Shown: piece by piece, positions 18,751 to 29,395 of the stretch
How positions within the stretch are numbered: the stretch's first letter is position 1
Layout of the letters: each line of letters starts with the position of its first letter
Assembly (NCBI GenBank): GCA_022795075.1
Contig: JAAWGB010000001.1
Coordinates: 16,383 to 80,382 of the forward strand
DNA: 64,000 bases
Origin: Clostridia bacterium
GTDB taxonomy: Bacteria; Bacillota; Clostridia; TANB77; CAG-508
Direction: 5' to 3'
Notes under the pieces: generated by a model
What the model was told of the DNA's origin: nothing
The model's database searches: none
Seen by the model: the letters and a program-made list of their open reading frames with translations, nothing else
Made by a program: the position numbers and the translations under genes

Positions 18751-20234
18751 TTATCTTTCTAAATTTATAATTTTAGTTGCCACTTTTTCAATAAATGTTT
18801 CATCGTGTTCTACAAAAATAAGAGTAGGTTTGTAATTTAAAATAGTATCTTCTATCTGTATTCTTGTTAATATATCAATATAATTCAAAGGCTCATCCCA
18901 TATATAAATATTGGCTTGTTCTGATATGCTTTTTGCAATTAAAACCTTTTTCTTTTGACCTTCGCTCATATCTTGTATATAGGTATCAAAATCTAATTTA
19001 GAGAATCCCATTTTTGTTAACATTGCTTTAAATATGCTTTCATCTATTTTATTATCTTCAGCAAAAGTTTTTAAATTTCCTTTCAAATTTTCTGTATTTT
19101 GTGATACATAAGAGATTTTCAAATCATTTGCTATTTTAAATTCTCCATTATATTGTATTTCTTTTTCTATAATAAGTTTTAGTATACTTGATTTTCCAAT
19201 TCCATTTTTTCCAATTATTGCAACTCTATCTTCATTATTTACTTCAAATGAAATAGGCTTAAATAGTAGTTGTTCATTGCACTTTATCTGAAATTTATTT
19301 ATTAAAACTAATGGATTTTTATTATTTTTTAAAGGAATGATTTTTAAATCTTTATTTCTATCTATATTTTTTAATAAATTAGCTTTTTTATCGATTGCTT
19401 TTTGAGTTCTTTGTTCCATAACTTTTGAACTTTTCATCATTTTAGTAGCCTTATGTCCTACATATCCTTTGTCTATTGTAGTTTCTGAATTGTATTTTTT
19501 ACTTTTTCTTTTTTCTGCTTCATTTGACCATTTTGCAGAATTTTTGGAGGCAACTTCAAGCCTATTTATATCTTTTTGTAACTTTTTATTTGTTATTTTT
19601 TCAAAATTATCTTGCTTATCCTTATTTTCTTTCCAAGATGAAAAATTTCCTTGCTTAATTTCAATATTAGTATTATTTATAGCAATTATATGATTTACAA
19701 CCTTATCTAAAAAAAATCTATCGTGGGAGACGACTATAAAACCATTTTTCTTTTTTAAATAACTAACCAAAGTATTTCTTGTTTCAATATCCAAATGATT
19801 GGTTGGCTCATCTATAAGTAAAAAATTGTTATCTTTTAAAAATAGACTTATTAAAAGTATCTTTATTTGCTCTCCACCACTTAATAAATTAAAATTTCTA
19901 TATAATATTTCTGTATTGATATCTAGTAAATTTAATTCTTTTATAATTTTCCAATCTTCAATATTTGGAGCAATTTCTTTTACTATTTTTATTGACATTC
20001 TATTTTTGTTTGTTACTTCAAAAGGAAAATAATCAACATCAACATTTTTCGATATTGTGCCTTTATATTCATATTTTCCTTGCAATAAATTTAAGAATGT
20101 AGTTTTCCTTTACCATTTCTACCAATTAACCCTAATTTCCAATCAGTATCGATATTAAATGATACATCTTCAAATATATTGTTATAACTTCCATCATATC
20201 CGAAAGTTAAATTATTTACACTTATTAAAGACAT
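18751..20234 (-). pseudogene. ABC-F family ATPase (ARE/Lsa-like, two NBDs with a linker), frameshifted in the first Walker A motif
   Basis: The ATG at 20234 has a GGAGG RBS. MSLISVNNLTFGY...GLIGRNGKGK then drops out of frame at ~20103 (one A missing in ggaaaa[a]ct) and resumes as TTFLNLLQGKYEY. Two LSGGE/MSEGQ signatures are present. Confidence 0.7.
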
Positions 20235-20596
20235 AACTCCTCCTATTTAAACAAAAATTTGTAATTTTTTATTTTAATATGAATACTTATTTACGACAAA
20301 AACTTGAGCATTTGCCATAGCTAATACATTTATCATAATCTATTTTTGGTGATTTAAAATTTTTTATGACTTAATGATACAACTGGCAAACATCTATAGC
20401 TGAGCATTTATGATTTTTAGGGCAATTCACGATTACTATTTGTACAAATAAATGGTAGCATAAATTGATATGTTTTTCAACGAATTAAGATATTTTTTTG
20501 AAGAGGATTAATAAAAAAATCAATAAAAATCAAATGAAAGATTGTATAATTTGAAAAAAAAGTGTAAAATAATAAAAAAGAAAGGAAAGTGATAAA

Positions 20597-21136
20597 ATGG
20601 AATTAAAGGGAAGTAAAACCGAGCAAAATTTAATGGAGGCATTTGCAGGAGAATCTGGAGCAAGAAATAAATACACTTACTTTGCAGGCAAAGCTAAAAA
20701 AGAAGGATATGAGCAAATAGCAGCATTATTCCAAGAAACAGCAGACAATGAAAAAGCACATGCAAAAATTTGGTTTAAACTATTGCAAGGAGGAGACATC
20801 CAAGGAACAGCAGAAAATTTAAAAGCAGCAGCAGAAGGCGAAAACTATGAATGGACTGATATGTATGATAGAATGGCAAAAGAAGCCAAAGAAGAAGGTT
20901 TTGACCATATTGCCTATCTATTTGAAGAAGTTGCCAAAATAGAGAAAGAACATGAAGAAAGATTTAAAAAATTATTAGAAAATGTAGAAGATGGATTAGT
21001 ATTTAGTCGTGATGGAGATAAAATTTGGAAATGTAGAAATTGTGGACATATAGTAATTGGAAAACAAGCACCAGAGATTTGTCCAGTATGTGCCCATCCA
21101 AAAGCATATTTTGAAATAAAAGCAGAAAACTATTAA
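20597..21136 (+). CDS. rbr: Rubrerythrin
   Basis: Ferritin-like diiron domain with a C-terminal rubredoxin CxxC...CxxC. Confidence 0.9.
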   Translation: MELKGSKTEQNLMEAFAGESGARNKYTYFAGKAKKEGYEQIAALFQETADNEKAHAKIWFKLLQGGDIQGTAENLKAAAEGENYEWTDMYDRMAKEAKEEGFDHIAYLFEEVAKIEKEHEERFKKLLENVEDGLVFSRDGDKIWKCRNCGHIVIGKQAPEICPVCAHPKAYFEIKAENY

Positions 21137-21177
21137 TCGTGCAGAGTTAAATTTAAGAAATATACGAGTAAACGAAA

Positions 21178-21228
21178 GAAATAAGAAAGATTTGCTAAAT
21201 ATGTTTAGCCCTTTCTTATTTTTTGTTT
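21178..21228 (+). terminator. Rho-independent terminator
   Basis: Stem aataagaaag/ctttcttatt followed by a T-run. Confidence 0.55.
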
Positions 21229-21311
21229 GAAAAAGTGCGAAATTTATTGCAATTTTTGGCAATATTAAGTATAATAAAGAAAGAAATTTGTACATAAAAA
21301 AGGAGAGCAAC

Positions 21312-22061
21312 ATGCCTAAATTTTTTATAACCAATCAAAACATAGAAAATAAGCAAATAATCATAATAGGAAATGATGTAAACCATATAAAAAAGGTACT
21401 TCGAAAGAAACAAGGAGAATGTATAACCATATGTAACAAAGACACATCGAAAGACTATTTATGTGAGATTTTAAAATTAGAAGAAAAAGAAATAACCTGC
21501 CGAATTGTACAAGAATTAGAAAGTGATGCAGAATCCAATGTACAAATTAGTATTTGGCAAGGCTTGCCAAAAGCAGATAAAATGGAATTAATCATTCAAA
21601 AAGCAGTAGAATTAGGATGTTATGATATTACGCCAATAGAAATGAGAAGATGTGTAGTAAAACTAAATGACAAAGACAAAAAGAAAAAGCAAGAACGTTG
21701 GCAAAAAATAGCAGAAGTAGCAGCCAAACAAAGCGGTAGAAACCGAGTTCCAGTTATTCATAACACCATTTCTATAAAAGATATTTGTAAGCTATGCCAA
21801 GAATATGATAGAGTAATTGTAGCATATGAAAAAGAAAAAGAAAATAAACTAAGATATGAATTAGAAAAAATAAAGCTAGTTAATAATCGTAATTGGAAAA
21901 TTGCCATTTTAATAGGACCTGAAGGTGGAATAGATGAAACAGAAATAGAAGAATTAAAAAAAGAAAATGTTAAAATTGTAACATTAGGCAATCGAATTTT
22001 ACGAACGGAAACAGTGGCATTTAATTTACTAAGTATCATTATGTATGAACTAGAAAAATAA
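21312..22061 (+). CDS. rsmE: 16S rRNA (uracil1498-N3)-methyltransferase
   Basis: MPKFFI start after the RBS aaaaaggagag. C-terminus GPEGG...LGNRILRTETVA. Confidence 0.8.
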   Translation: MPKFFITNQNIENKQIIIIGNDVNHIKKVLRKKQGECITICNKDTSKDYLCEILKLEEKEITCRIVQELESDAESNVQISIWQGLPKADKMELIIQKAVELGCYDITPIEMRRCVVKLNDKDKKKKQERWQKIAEVAAKQSGRNRVPVIHNTISIKDICKLCQEYDRVIVAYEKEKENKLRYELEKIKLVNNRNWKIAILIGPEGGIDETEIEELKKENVKIVTLGNRILRTETVAFNLLSIIMYELEK

Positions 22062-22091
22062 AAGATTTAGGATAAAGGAAGGAAAGAAAAA

Positions 22092-22769
22092 ATGGTAACA
22101 GACTTAATACAAAAGGAAGAAAACCAAGCAAGTAATAGAAAAATTCCTAAGGAAGTTTCACAAGAAATTTTAAAAAAAATAGTTAGAAATCTCTTAGAAG
22201 CAATTGGAATCATGTTTTATTTTATCCTATTAAACTTAGCTTATTTGAATATGAAGCAAGAAAGATTAGTAGGAGATATAAAAGTATTTGCAGGAGCTTT
22301 TTTAGTAATTGGTATGCTATTTTTAGAAAAATCTTATAAAAAAGATAATGGCAGTCTTGCCATAACAGGAATAGAATTCTTGTTTTTGTCCTTACATAGT
22401 TTATCAATCATGCATGTAATTACTTTATTTAAATATGATTTTAGATTTTACTTATTAACTTCTTCTTATTTGTTTTCTATTTACTATGTATTAAAAGCAA
22501 TTATCTTATATACTAAGGAAAGAAAAGAATATTTAAATAGTTTAAGTGATATTTCCGAAATTGTAAAAAAAGAAGAACCAATCAAAAGAGAAGCCAAAAA
22601 AAGAAAAGAAGAGCTTGAAGAGGAAGAAGATAAAATGCAACTAGAAATGATTGGTCAAAACGAAAAAGAAATAAAACAAGAAAAGCAAGAGGATTTTGAG
22701 AAAACGAAACAAGAAGAAAAAGCAAAACGAAAGAAAAAGAATGTTAAAAAAAGAGGTAAGAAAAAATGA
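22092..22769 (+). CDS. Hypothetical membrane protein with a Lys/Glu-rich C-terminal tail
   Basis: Four predicted TM helices. No recognisable family. Confidence 0.45.
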   Translation: MVTDLIQKEENQASNRKIPKEVSQEILKKIVRNLLEAIGIMFYFILLNLAYLNMKQERLVGDIKVFAGAFLVIGMLFLEKSYKKDNGSLAITGIEFLFLSLHSLSIMHVITLFKYDFRFYLLTSSYLFSIYYVLKAIILYTKERKEYLNSLSDISEIVKKEEPIKREAKKRKEELEEEEDKMQLEMIGQNEKEIKQEKQEDFEKTKQEEKAKRKKKNVKKRGKKK

Positions 22770-23641
22770 TGAAAAGTATGACAGGATATGGTAAAGCTAA
22801 TTTAGCCAAAAGCGAAAGAGACTATCTAGTAGAAATAAAAAGTGTCAATCACAGATATTTAGATATTTCGGTCAAAATGCCAAGAGTGCTTAGTTATTTA
22901 GAAGAAGACGTAAAAAAAGAGATTGCCAAACAAGTAAAAAGAGGAAAAATTGATGTTTTTATTACTTTTCAAAATAACCAAATAGAAGGAAAAGAGATAA
23001 AAATTAATCATGAAATAGCCAAAATTTACATTGATGAATTAAAGAAATTAGCCAAACAAGAAGATATTTTGGCCAATATTGAAGTAACAGAAATATCCAA
23101 ACTTCCAGATGTTTTGGTCATTCAAAATAATCAAGAAGATGAAACCATAAAAAATGAATTATTAGAAGTAGTGAATCAAGCAACAAATAAATTAGTACAA
23201 ATGCGAACTACAGAAGGAAACAAATTATCAGAAGATTTATTGACTAGAATACAAGTTATTCAAGAAAAAGTAGAACAAATATCTTCACTTTCTACTGGAC
23301 TTATTGAAGAATATGTAGTAAAATTAGAGGGTAGAATAAAGGAAATACTAAAAAATAACGAAGTCGATCCAGCAAGACTGGCACAAGAAGTTGTGATATA
23401 TGCAGATAAATGTTCAGTTGAAGAAGAAATAACTAGATTAAAAAGCCATTTATCACAATTTAGAAAACTTCTAAATGCTACTGATGCTATTGGCAAAAAA
23501 TTAGATTTTATCATTCAAGAAATGAATCGAGAAACTAACACCATTGGCTCAAAAGCAAATCATTTAGAAATTACCAATCATGTAATTGATATAAAAACAG
23601 AACTAGAAAATGTTAGAGAACAAATACAAAATATCGAATAG
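22766..23641 (+). CDS. yicC: YicC/YloC family protein
   Basis: MTGYGKA...VNHRYLD N-terminus. The conserved yicC-remA-gmk-rpoZ neighbourhood is present. Confidence 0.85.
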   Translation: MMKSMTGYGKANLAKSERDYLVEIKSVNHRYLDISVKMPRVLSYLEEDVKKEIAKQVKRGKIDVFITFQNNQIEGKEIKINHEIAKIYIDELKKLAKQEDILANIEVTEISKLPDVLVIQNNQEDETIKNELLEVVNQATNKLVQMRTTEGNKLSEDLLTRIQVIQEKVEQISSLSTGLIEEYVVKLEGRIKEILKNNEVDPARLAQEVVIYADKCSVEEEITRLKSHLSQFRKLLNATDAIGKKLDFIIQEMNRETNTIGSKANHLEITNHVIDIKTELENVREQIQNIE

Positions 23642-23704
23642 TTTTAAATGATTTTATGAAATAACAATTCGTTTTAAAACCTAGATAAAAGAAGGAGGGA
23701 AAAG

Positions 23705-23962
23705 ATGCAATTAGTCAATATAGGATTTGGAAATATTGTATCATCAGAAAGAATTGTAGCCATTGTAAGTCCAGAATCTGCACCCATTAAAAGAATGGTG
23801 CAAGAGGCTAAAGATAATAAAACAGCAGTAGATGCAACCTATGGAAGAAGAACAAGAGCGGTTTTAATTATGGATTCTGGTCATATTATATTATCAGCTG
23901 TTCAACCAGAAACAGTAGGAGGTAGAATTGATAAATCTATCTCACAAGAATTTGATAAATAA
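23705..23962 (+). CDS. remA: Extracellular matrix/sporulation regulator RemA (DUF370)
   Basis: [10 protein letters not shown]...[11 protein letters not shown]...[10 protein letters not shown] matches RemA almost residue for residue. Confidence 0.85.
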   Translation: MQLVNIGFGNIVSSERIVAIVSPESAPIKRMVQEAKDNKTAVDATYGRRTRAVLIMDSGHIILSAVQPETVGGRIDKSISQEFDK

Positions 23963-23980
23963 AAGAAAGGGAGTATAAAA

Positions 23981-24172
23981 ATGATTGTAAAACCAACAGT
24001 AGGTCAATTATTAACAAAAGCACAAAACAGATATGAATTAGTTATTGCAACAGCAAGAAGAGCAAGACAAATTGCAGCAGGAGATGAAGCAAAAACCAAG
24101 GCAAAAGAGGAATCACCTGTAACTTTAGCTGCTAATGAAATCGCAGAAGGGAAGGTAACAATAACATGTTAG
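23981..24172 (+). CDS. rpoZ: DNA-directed RNA polymerase subunit omega
   Basis: 63 aa with NRYELVIATARRARQI. Confidence 0.75.
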   Translation: MIVKPTVGQLLTKAQNRYELVIATARRARQIAAGDEAKTKAKEESPVTLAANEIAEGKVTITC

Positions 24173-24741
24173 TCATATTATCTGGTGTAGCAGGAGCAGG
24201 AAAAGATACCATAAAAAAAGAACTAATAAAAAGGATGGAAAACGTAGAATCACTTCCATCTTTTACTTCACGTCCCATACGTGAAGGAGATATAGAAGGA
24301 CAAACCTATAATTTTGTAAGTAAAGAAGAATTTGAAAAAATGATTGAAAATCAAGAATTCTATGAATATGATATTCATCATAACCAATATTATGGAACTT
24401 CTAGAAAATTACTAAACGAAAAAATGAAAAGTGGTAAAATAATTGTAAAAGATATTGATGTAAATGGAACCGAACATTTAAAAGAATTACTAAAAGAAGA
24501 CACAAGAGTAGTTACTGTTTTTTTAAGAGTGCCAAAAGAAGAATTAAAAAGAAGACTAGAAGAAAGAGTAGACAAGCCTAGCCCAGCAGAAGTAATATTA
24601 CGACTAAATCGATTTGATTACGAAGAATCTAGAATTAATTTATATGACTATGTATTAAAAAATGATGACTTAGAAAAAACGGTTCAAATTATTGAAGCAA
24701 TTATAGAAAATGAACAAAAAATGGAAACAAAAAAGAGGTAG
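24166..24741 (+). CDS. gmk: Guanylate kinase-like protein
   Basis: P-loop LSGVAGAGKDT, TSRPIREGDIEGQTYNFVS and YYGTS fit a GMP kinase fold. The P-loop is atypical. Confidence 0.6.
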   Translation: MLVILSGVAGAGKDTIKKELIKRMENVESLPSFTSRPIREGDIEGQTYNFVSKEEFEKMIENQEFYEYDIHHNQYYGTSRKLLNEKMKSGKIIVKDIDVNGTEHLKELLKEDTRVVTVFLRVPKEELKRRLEERVDKPSPAEVILRLNRFDYEESRINLYDYVLKNDDLEKTVQIIEAIIENEQKMETKKR

Positions 24742-24744
24742 CTT

Positions 24745-25683
24745 ATGGAAAAGAAAATATTAATAACAATCATACAAGAACTTTGTGAAGAAATGAATAT
24801 TAAAATGGAAAAATTATCGTATGGTTGGATTCTCCAGCTTTCAAAAGATGGCAAAGTAAGGCATATTTTAGACTATCTTTTTGATAACAATTCAATAGCA
24901 AGTGGAAAAATTGCAGCAGATAAATATGCTACCTATGAAGTTTTACAATCTCAAAACATACCAATTATCCAATATACCATGATATTTAATCCAAGTTTAA
25001 GAGGAGAATTGATTCCGAAAGAAGGGATTTGGAATACAGTTGCAACAGAATTTTCAAAATATGGAAAATTAGTTGTAAAACCAAATGATGGCTCAACAGG
25101 AAAAGGAATTAAACTTTGTCAAACTCTAAGAGAAGTAGAAATTGCCATTCACAATTTATTTAATGAGCAGCACAAATCTGTCAGCATTTGTCCTTATTAT
25201 GATATTCAAACAGAATTTAGAACATTTTTCTTAAATGGTGAAATTCTATGTATCTATAAAAAAATAAAGCCTTTTGTAATCGGTGATGGCAAAACAAGAT
25301 TAAAAGAGTTAATAGAAGAATTAGATTTGCCCAATAAGGATGTTAGAGAAGAAAACTTACATAGATTAGATTTAAATTATGTACCCAAGGAAGATGAGAA
25401 AATGGAAATTTCTTGGAAACATAATTTAAGTGGTGGTGCTACCCCAAAAATATTACAAAAAGGGGAGTTATATAAAAAAGTGGAACAGCTAGCCATACAA
25501 GCTGGAAAAGCTATGAATATGAACTTTACGACGATTGATATTATCCAAACAGTTGATGATAAATTATATGTTATGGAGATGAATTCTGGGGTTTGTGGAG
25601 ATATTTTTGCTCAATCAGTAGAGGGTGGTTATGAGATAATGAAAGAAATATATAGAAAAGCATTAAAAGCTATGTTTGAATAA
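24745..25683 (+). CDS. ATP-grasp domain protein
   Basis: KPNDGSTGKGI plus the C-terminal E..N motif are typical of the ATP-grasp fold. It occupies the slot usually held by coaBC. Confidence 0.5.
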   Translation: MEKKILITIIQELCEEMNIKMEKLSYGWILQLSKDGKVRHILDYLFDNNSIASGKIAADKYATYEVLQSQNIPIIQYTMIFNPSLRGELIPKEGIWNTVATEFSKYGKLVVKPNDGSTGKGIKLCQTLREVEIAIHNLFNEQHKSVSICPYYDIQTEFRTFFLNGEILCIYKKIKPFVIGDGKTRLKELIEELDLPNKDVREENLHRLDLNYVPKEDEKMEISWKHNLSGGATPKILQKGELYKKVEQLAIQAGKAMNMNFTTIDIIQTVDDKLYVMEMNSGVCGDIFAQSVEGGYEIMKEIYRKALKAMFE

Positions 25684-25701
25684 GAGTATAGAGGAGAAAA
25701 A

Positions 25702-28002
25702 ATGGTAGCAGAAATAATCATCAATCGAACAGCTAAGAAATTAAATAGAACTTTTGATTATGAGATTCCTTCTGAATTAGAAGGACTTATTTTTGTTGGA
25801 AGTAAAGTATTAGTACCATTTGGAAAAGGAGAAAAATTAGAAGAGGCTTTTGTAGTAGGACTAAAAGAAAAAACTAATTATTCTAATGAAATCAAAAAAA
25901 TAGCCAAGTTAGAAGAACAATTAAAAGATGAGCAAATAAGTTTGGCTAAATGGATGGCAAAAAGATATTTTTGTAATGTTTCAGATTGCATCAAATTAAT
26001 GTTAACACCTGGTACTAGAACGAAAAATAAAGAAAAAAGAATACAAGACAAAACAATTAGCAGTGTCATGTTAGGAAAAGACAAACAAGAAATAGAATTA
26101 GCTATTGAAACAGGAAAAATTAAAACAGATAAACAAAAAAAAGTGATTTCTTTTGTTAAAAATAATGAAGGAGTAACCATACCAGAAATTGAACTGTGTA
26201 CCAATACAAGTAGAGCAATAGTAAATACTTTAATCAAAAATGGTTATTTGAAAGTGGTAGAACAAACCATTAAAAGAAACCCATTACAGTTAAAAAATGA
26301 AAATGACATTCAAAAAATAGAAAAAACGAAAAAACTAACCTTAACAGAAGAGCAACAAAATGCTTATCAAAAAATAGAACAAAAAATGAAACAAAATGTT
26401 TATCAATCTTTTTTACTATATGGAGTAACAGGTTCTGGAAAAACAGAAATTTATTTACAAATTATAGAAAAAGCATTAAAACAAGAAAAAACAGCAATTT
26501 TATTAGTACCAGAAATATCACTTACCCCACAAATGTTAGACCGATTTATTGCTAGATTTGGAAAAGAAGAAATTGCAGTTTTACATAGTAAATTATCAAT
26601 GGGAGAAAGACATGATGAATGGGAACGAATTCGAGAAGGAAGAGCTAAAATTTTAATAGGAGCAAGATCTGCCATATTTGCACCAATGGAGAAAATGGGA
26701 ATTATTATAATAGATGAAGAACATGATAGTTCTTATCAATCTGAATCAAATCCAAAATATGATACCAAAGAAGTAGCCAAAAAAATAGCCAAACAAAATA
26801 ATTGTCCATTGGTATTAGGAAGTGCAACACCTGATATGGAAACTTACTATTTGGCAACAGAAGAAGGAAAAAATAAAGAAGGCATAGAACAAAGTAAGAC
26901 ACAAGAAATAGAAATATTAAAATTAACGAAAAGAGCCAATCAATCATCTATGCCAAGTGTACAAGTAGTGGATTTAAAACAAGAACTAGTAAATGGTAAT
27001 CGTTCGATGTTAAGTATGGCTTTATACACAGCTATTGAAACGAATTTAAAGGAAAAAAGACAAACCATTTTATTTTTAAACAGAAGAGGGTATTCCACTT
27101 TTATTATGTGTAGAAATTGTGGGTATACTGTAAATTGTAAAAACTGTAATATTAGTATGACTTACCATAGTTACGAAAAAAAGTTAAAGTGCCATTATTG
27201 TGGACAAGAGGAGAAAGTTGTAACCATTTGTCCAGTATGTCAGAGTGATAAAATTCGTTATTTTGGAACAGGCACACAAAAGTTAGAGCAAGAAATACAT
27301 AAACAATTTCCACAAGCTAAAACAATTCGCATGGATATTGATACAGTAACTAAGAAAAATTCACATGAACAAATTTTAAATCAATTTAAAAATGAAAATA
27401 TCGATATATTAATAGGAACACAGATGGTTGTAAAAGGACATCATTTTCCAAATGTTACCTTAGTTGGTGTAATTGCAGCAGATAGTTCCTTAAATATGGA
27501 TGACTACCAAGCAAATGAAAGAACCTTCCAAATTTTAACACAAGTAGCGGGAAGAGCTGGAAGAGAGAATTTGCAAGGAAAAGTAATCATACAAACTTAT
27601 AATCCTGAAAACTTTACGATTCAATGTGCTAAACAGCAAAATTATGAAAAATTTTATGAAACCGAAATTGCCTTGCGTAAACAGTTGAAATATCCACCAT
27701 TTTGCGATATAATAATGGTGAATTTTAATAGCTCATCAGAAAACGAAATACAAAAAATAAGTAATTGGGTCTATCAATCTTTAAAAAGCAAATTAAAAGA
27801 AGAAACATTTCGTATTTTTAAACCAATGCCAGCACCAATTGACAAAATACAAAATCGATACCGTTGGAGAATTGTTATAAAAGGGAATATGACCCAAGAA
27901 GCAAATGAGATTTTTCACCAATGTTTGAAAGAATTTTATCATAAAAACGTGAAAACAACAAGAATGACAATTGATGTACAGGGCTTGGGAGAAAGAATTT
28001 GA
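25702..28002 (+). CDS. priA: Primosomal protein N' (replication restart helicase PriA)
   Basis: GVTGSGKTE, DEEHD, and Cys-rich zinc-binding motifs. Confidence 0.9.
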   Translation: MVAEIIINRTAKKLNRTFDYEIPSELEGLIFVGSKVLVPFGKGEKLEEAFVVGLKEKTNYSNEIKKIAKLEEQLKDEQISLAKWMAKRYFCNVSDCIKLMLTPGTRTKNKEKRIQDKTISSVMLGKDKQEIELAIETGKIKTDKQKKVISFVKNNEGVTIPEIELCTNTSRAIVNTLIKNGYLKVVEQTIKRNPLQLKNENDIQKIEKTKKLTLTEEQQNAYQKIEQKMKQNVYQSFLLYGVTGSGKTEIYLQIIEKALKQEKTAILLVPEISLTPQMLDRFIARFGKEEIAVLHSKLSMGERHDEWERIREGRAKILIGARSAIFAPMEKMGIIIIDEEHDSSYQSESNPKYDTKEVAKKIAKQNNCPLVLGSATPDMETYYLATEEGKNKEGIEQSKTQEIEILKLTKRANQSSMPSVQVVDLKQELVNGNRSMLSMALYTAIETNLKEKRQTILFLNRRGYSTFIMCRNCGYTVNCKNCNISMTYHSYEKKLKCHYCGQEEKVVTICPVCQSDKIRYFGTGTQKLEQEIHKQFPQAKTIRMDIDTVTKKNSHEQILNQFKNENIDILIGTQMVVKGHHFPNVTLVGVIAADSSLNMDDYQANERTFQILTQVAGRAGRENLQGKVIIQTYNPENFTIQCAKQQNYEKFYETEIALRKQLKYPPFCDIIMVNFNSSSENEIQKISNWVYQSLKSKLKEETFRIFKPMPAPIDKIQNRYRWRIVIKGNMTQEANEIFHQCLKEFYHKNVKTTRMTIDVQGLGERI

Positions 28003-28118
28003 AATTTTTTAGTTGCTCAAAAATAAATGAATGGCGAGTTAAGTCTTTTAATTGGTTTTTATATTTTAATTTAAAATTAGAGCGTTTTGGATGAGGCAAA
28101 GAGAAAAGGAGTAATAAA

Positions 28119-28601
28119 ATGGCAATTCGAAATTTGAGATTAGAAGGAGACGAAATTTTAAAAAAGAAATCAAGAGAAGTAGAAGTAATTGATGAAAAAA
28201 TACAAACTTTAATAGATGATATGATTGAAACCATGCATAAATATAATGGAGTAGGTCTTGCAGCTGTACAAGTAGGGATTTTAAAAAGAGTCATTGTAAT
28301 TGATTTATATGATGATAAAGGTCCTATTGTATTAATCAATCCTGTTATTATAAAAACAAAAGGAGAACAAGAAGTAGATGAAGGATGCTTGAGTTTTCCC
28401 AATCAATTTGCTAAAGTGATAAGACCAGAAGAAGTGGTGGCAGAATACACCAATACAGAAGGAAAAAGAATGAAAGTAAAAGCAAAAGAACTGCTGGCAC
28501 AAGCTATCTGCCATGAAATCGATCATCTAAATGGAGAAGTTTTTATGGATAAAATTATACCAGGTACATTAGAGTATATAGAATCTGAAAAAAATGAATA
28601 A
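28119..28601 (+). CDS. def: Peptide deformylase
   Basis: GVGLAAVQ, EGCLSFP and HEIDHLNG. Confidence 0.9.
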   Translation: MAIRNLRLEGDEILKKKSREVEVIDEKIQTLIDDMIETMHKYNGVGLAAVQVGILKRVIVIDLYDDKGPIVLINPVIIKTKGEQEVDEGCLSFPNQFAKVIRPEEVVAEYTNTEGKRMKVKAKELLAQAICHEIDHLNGEVFMDKIIPGTLEYIESEKNE

Positions 28602-28834
28602 TACCGAAACTGTCAAAGTAAATATATAGTTTTAGTAAAGAAAGAGGATGTAAAAATGGAAGAAATAGAACTAAAGTTAGGTTTGATGTTGAAATAGCAG
28701 AAGAGAAGAAAGAAAAAATTAGAGAATATATAGACTTATGTTTTGAAATATATAGAAAAGAAACCATATCAGAATCGGAATTATTATTTTTAAGACAAGC
28801 ATTTGAAAAAGTAGCAATTAGTTATGAAGATATA

Positions 28835-29395
28835 GTGAAATATACACAAATGTGTCTTGCTATAGAAGAATATACACAAGGCTTAAGTATGCTTAGAAGT
28901 AGACATGGAAGAAATGAAGTAACCATTTCAAAAGAAAAAGAACAAACCTTGCAAAAATTCGAAAATTACTTAAGAAAAACATGCAAACTACAACAAGCAA
29001 TGGAAATCATAAACAGAGGAAATACAAATGCACAAGCAATTTCTGAAACAACAGGATTATCAAAAGACGAAATCAATATTTTTAAATTAAAACTATTTAA
29101 AAAGCCAATCAAATTATTGAATATAGAACAACGAGAAAAGGTGATAGAATTGTTATTGCAAGATAAAAATCCTAAGATGATACAAGAAAAATTACAAATA
29201 AGTGATTTTGAAATGGAAGATATAGAAGAACAAGCTATATATAGAAGAATAAATTCAACAAAAAGAGATGGAGAAACACAAGTAAAACAAGATAGTAGAA
29301 TAAGAATAGTAGTATTAGCAACCAAATTAGGAATCAAAGCCCCACACATTGCTAAAATATTAAAACAAACTAATCGGAGAAGAAGTCAAAAATGA
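28835..29395 (+). CDS. Hypothetical protein, possibly longer at the N-terminus
   Basis: GTG start as tracked. The frame is open and protein-like back to 28622, and a strong RBS+ATG at 28656 sits in another frame. The true gene is probably 28656..29395 with a -1 frameshift near 28683. Confidence 0.4.
   Translation: MKYTQMCLAIEEYTQGLSMLRSRHGRNEVTISKEKEQTLQKFENYLRKTCKLQQAMEIINRGNTNAQAISETTGLSKDEINIFKLKLFKKPIKLLNIEQREKVIELLLQDKNPKMIQEKLQISDFEMEDIEEQAIYRRINSTKRDGETQVKQDSRIRIVVLATKLGIKAPHIAKILKQTNRRRSQK

Noticed and set aside
20103-20103. Whether the ABC-F frameshift and the 28683 frameshift follow the same NCGG rule
   Set aside because: Both are best explained by loss of one base in an A-run or T-run, not by a C insertion before GG. 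I kept them separate from the nine NCGG sites.
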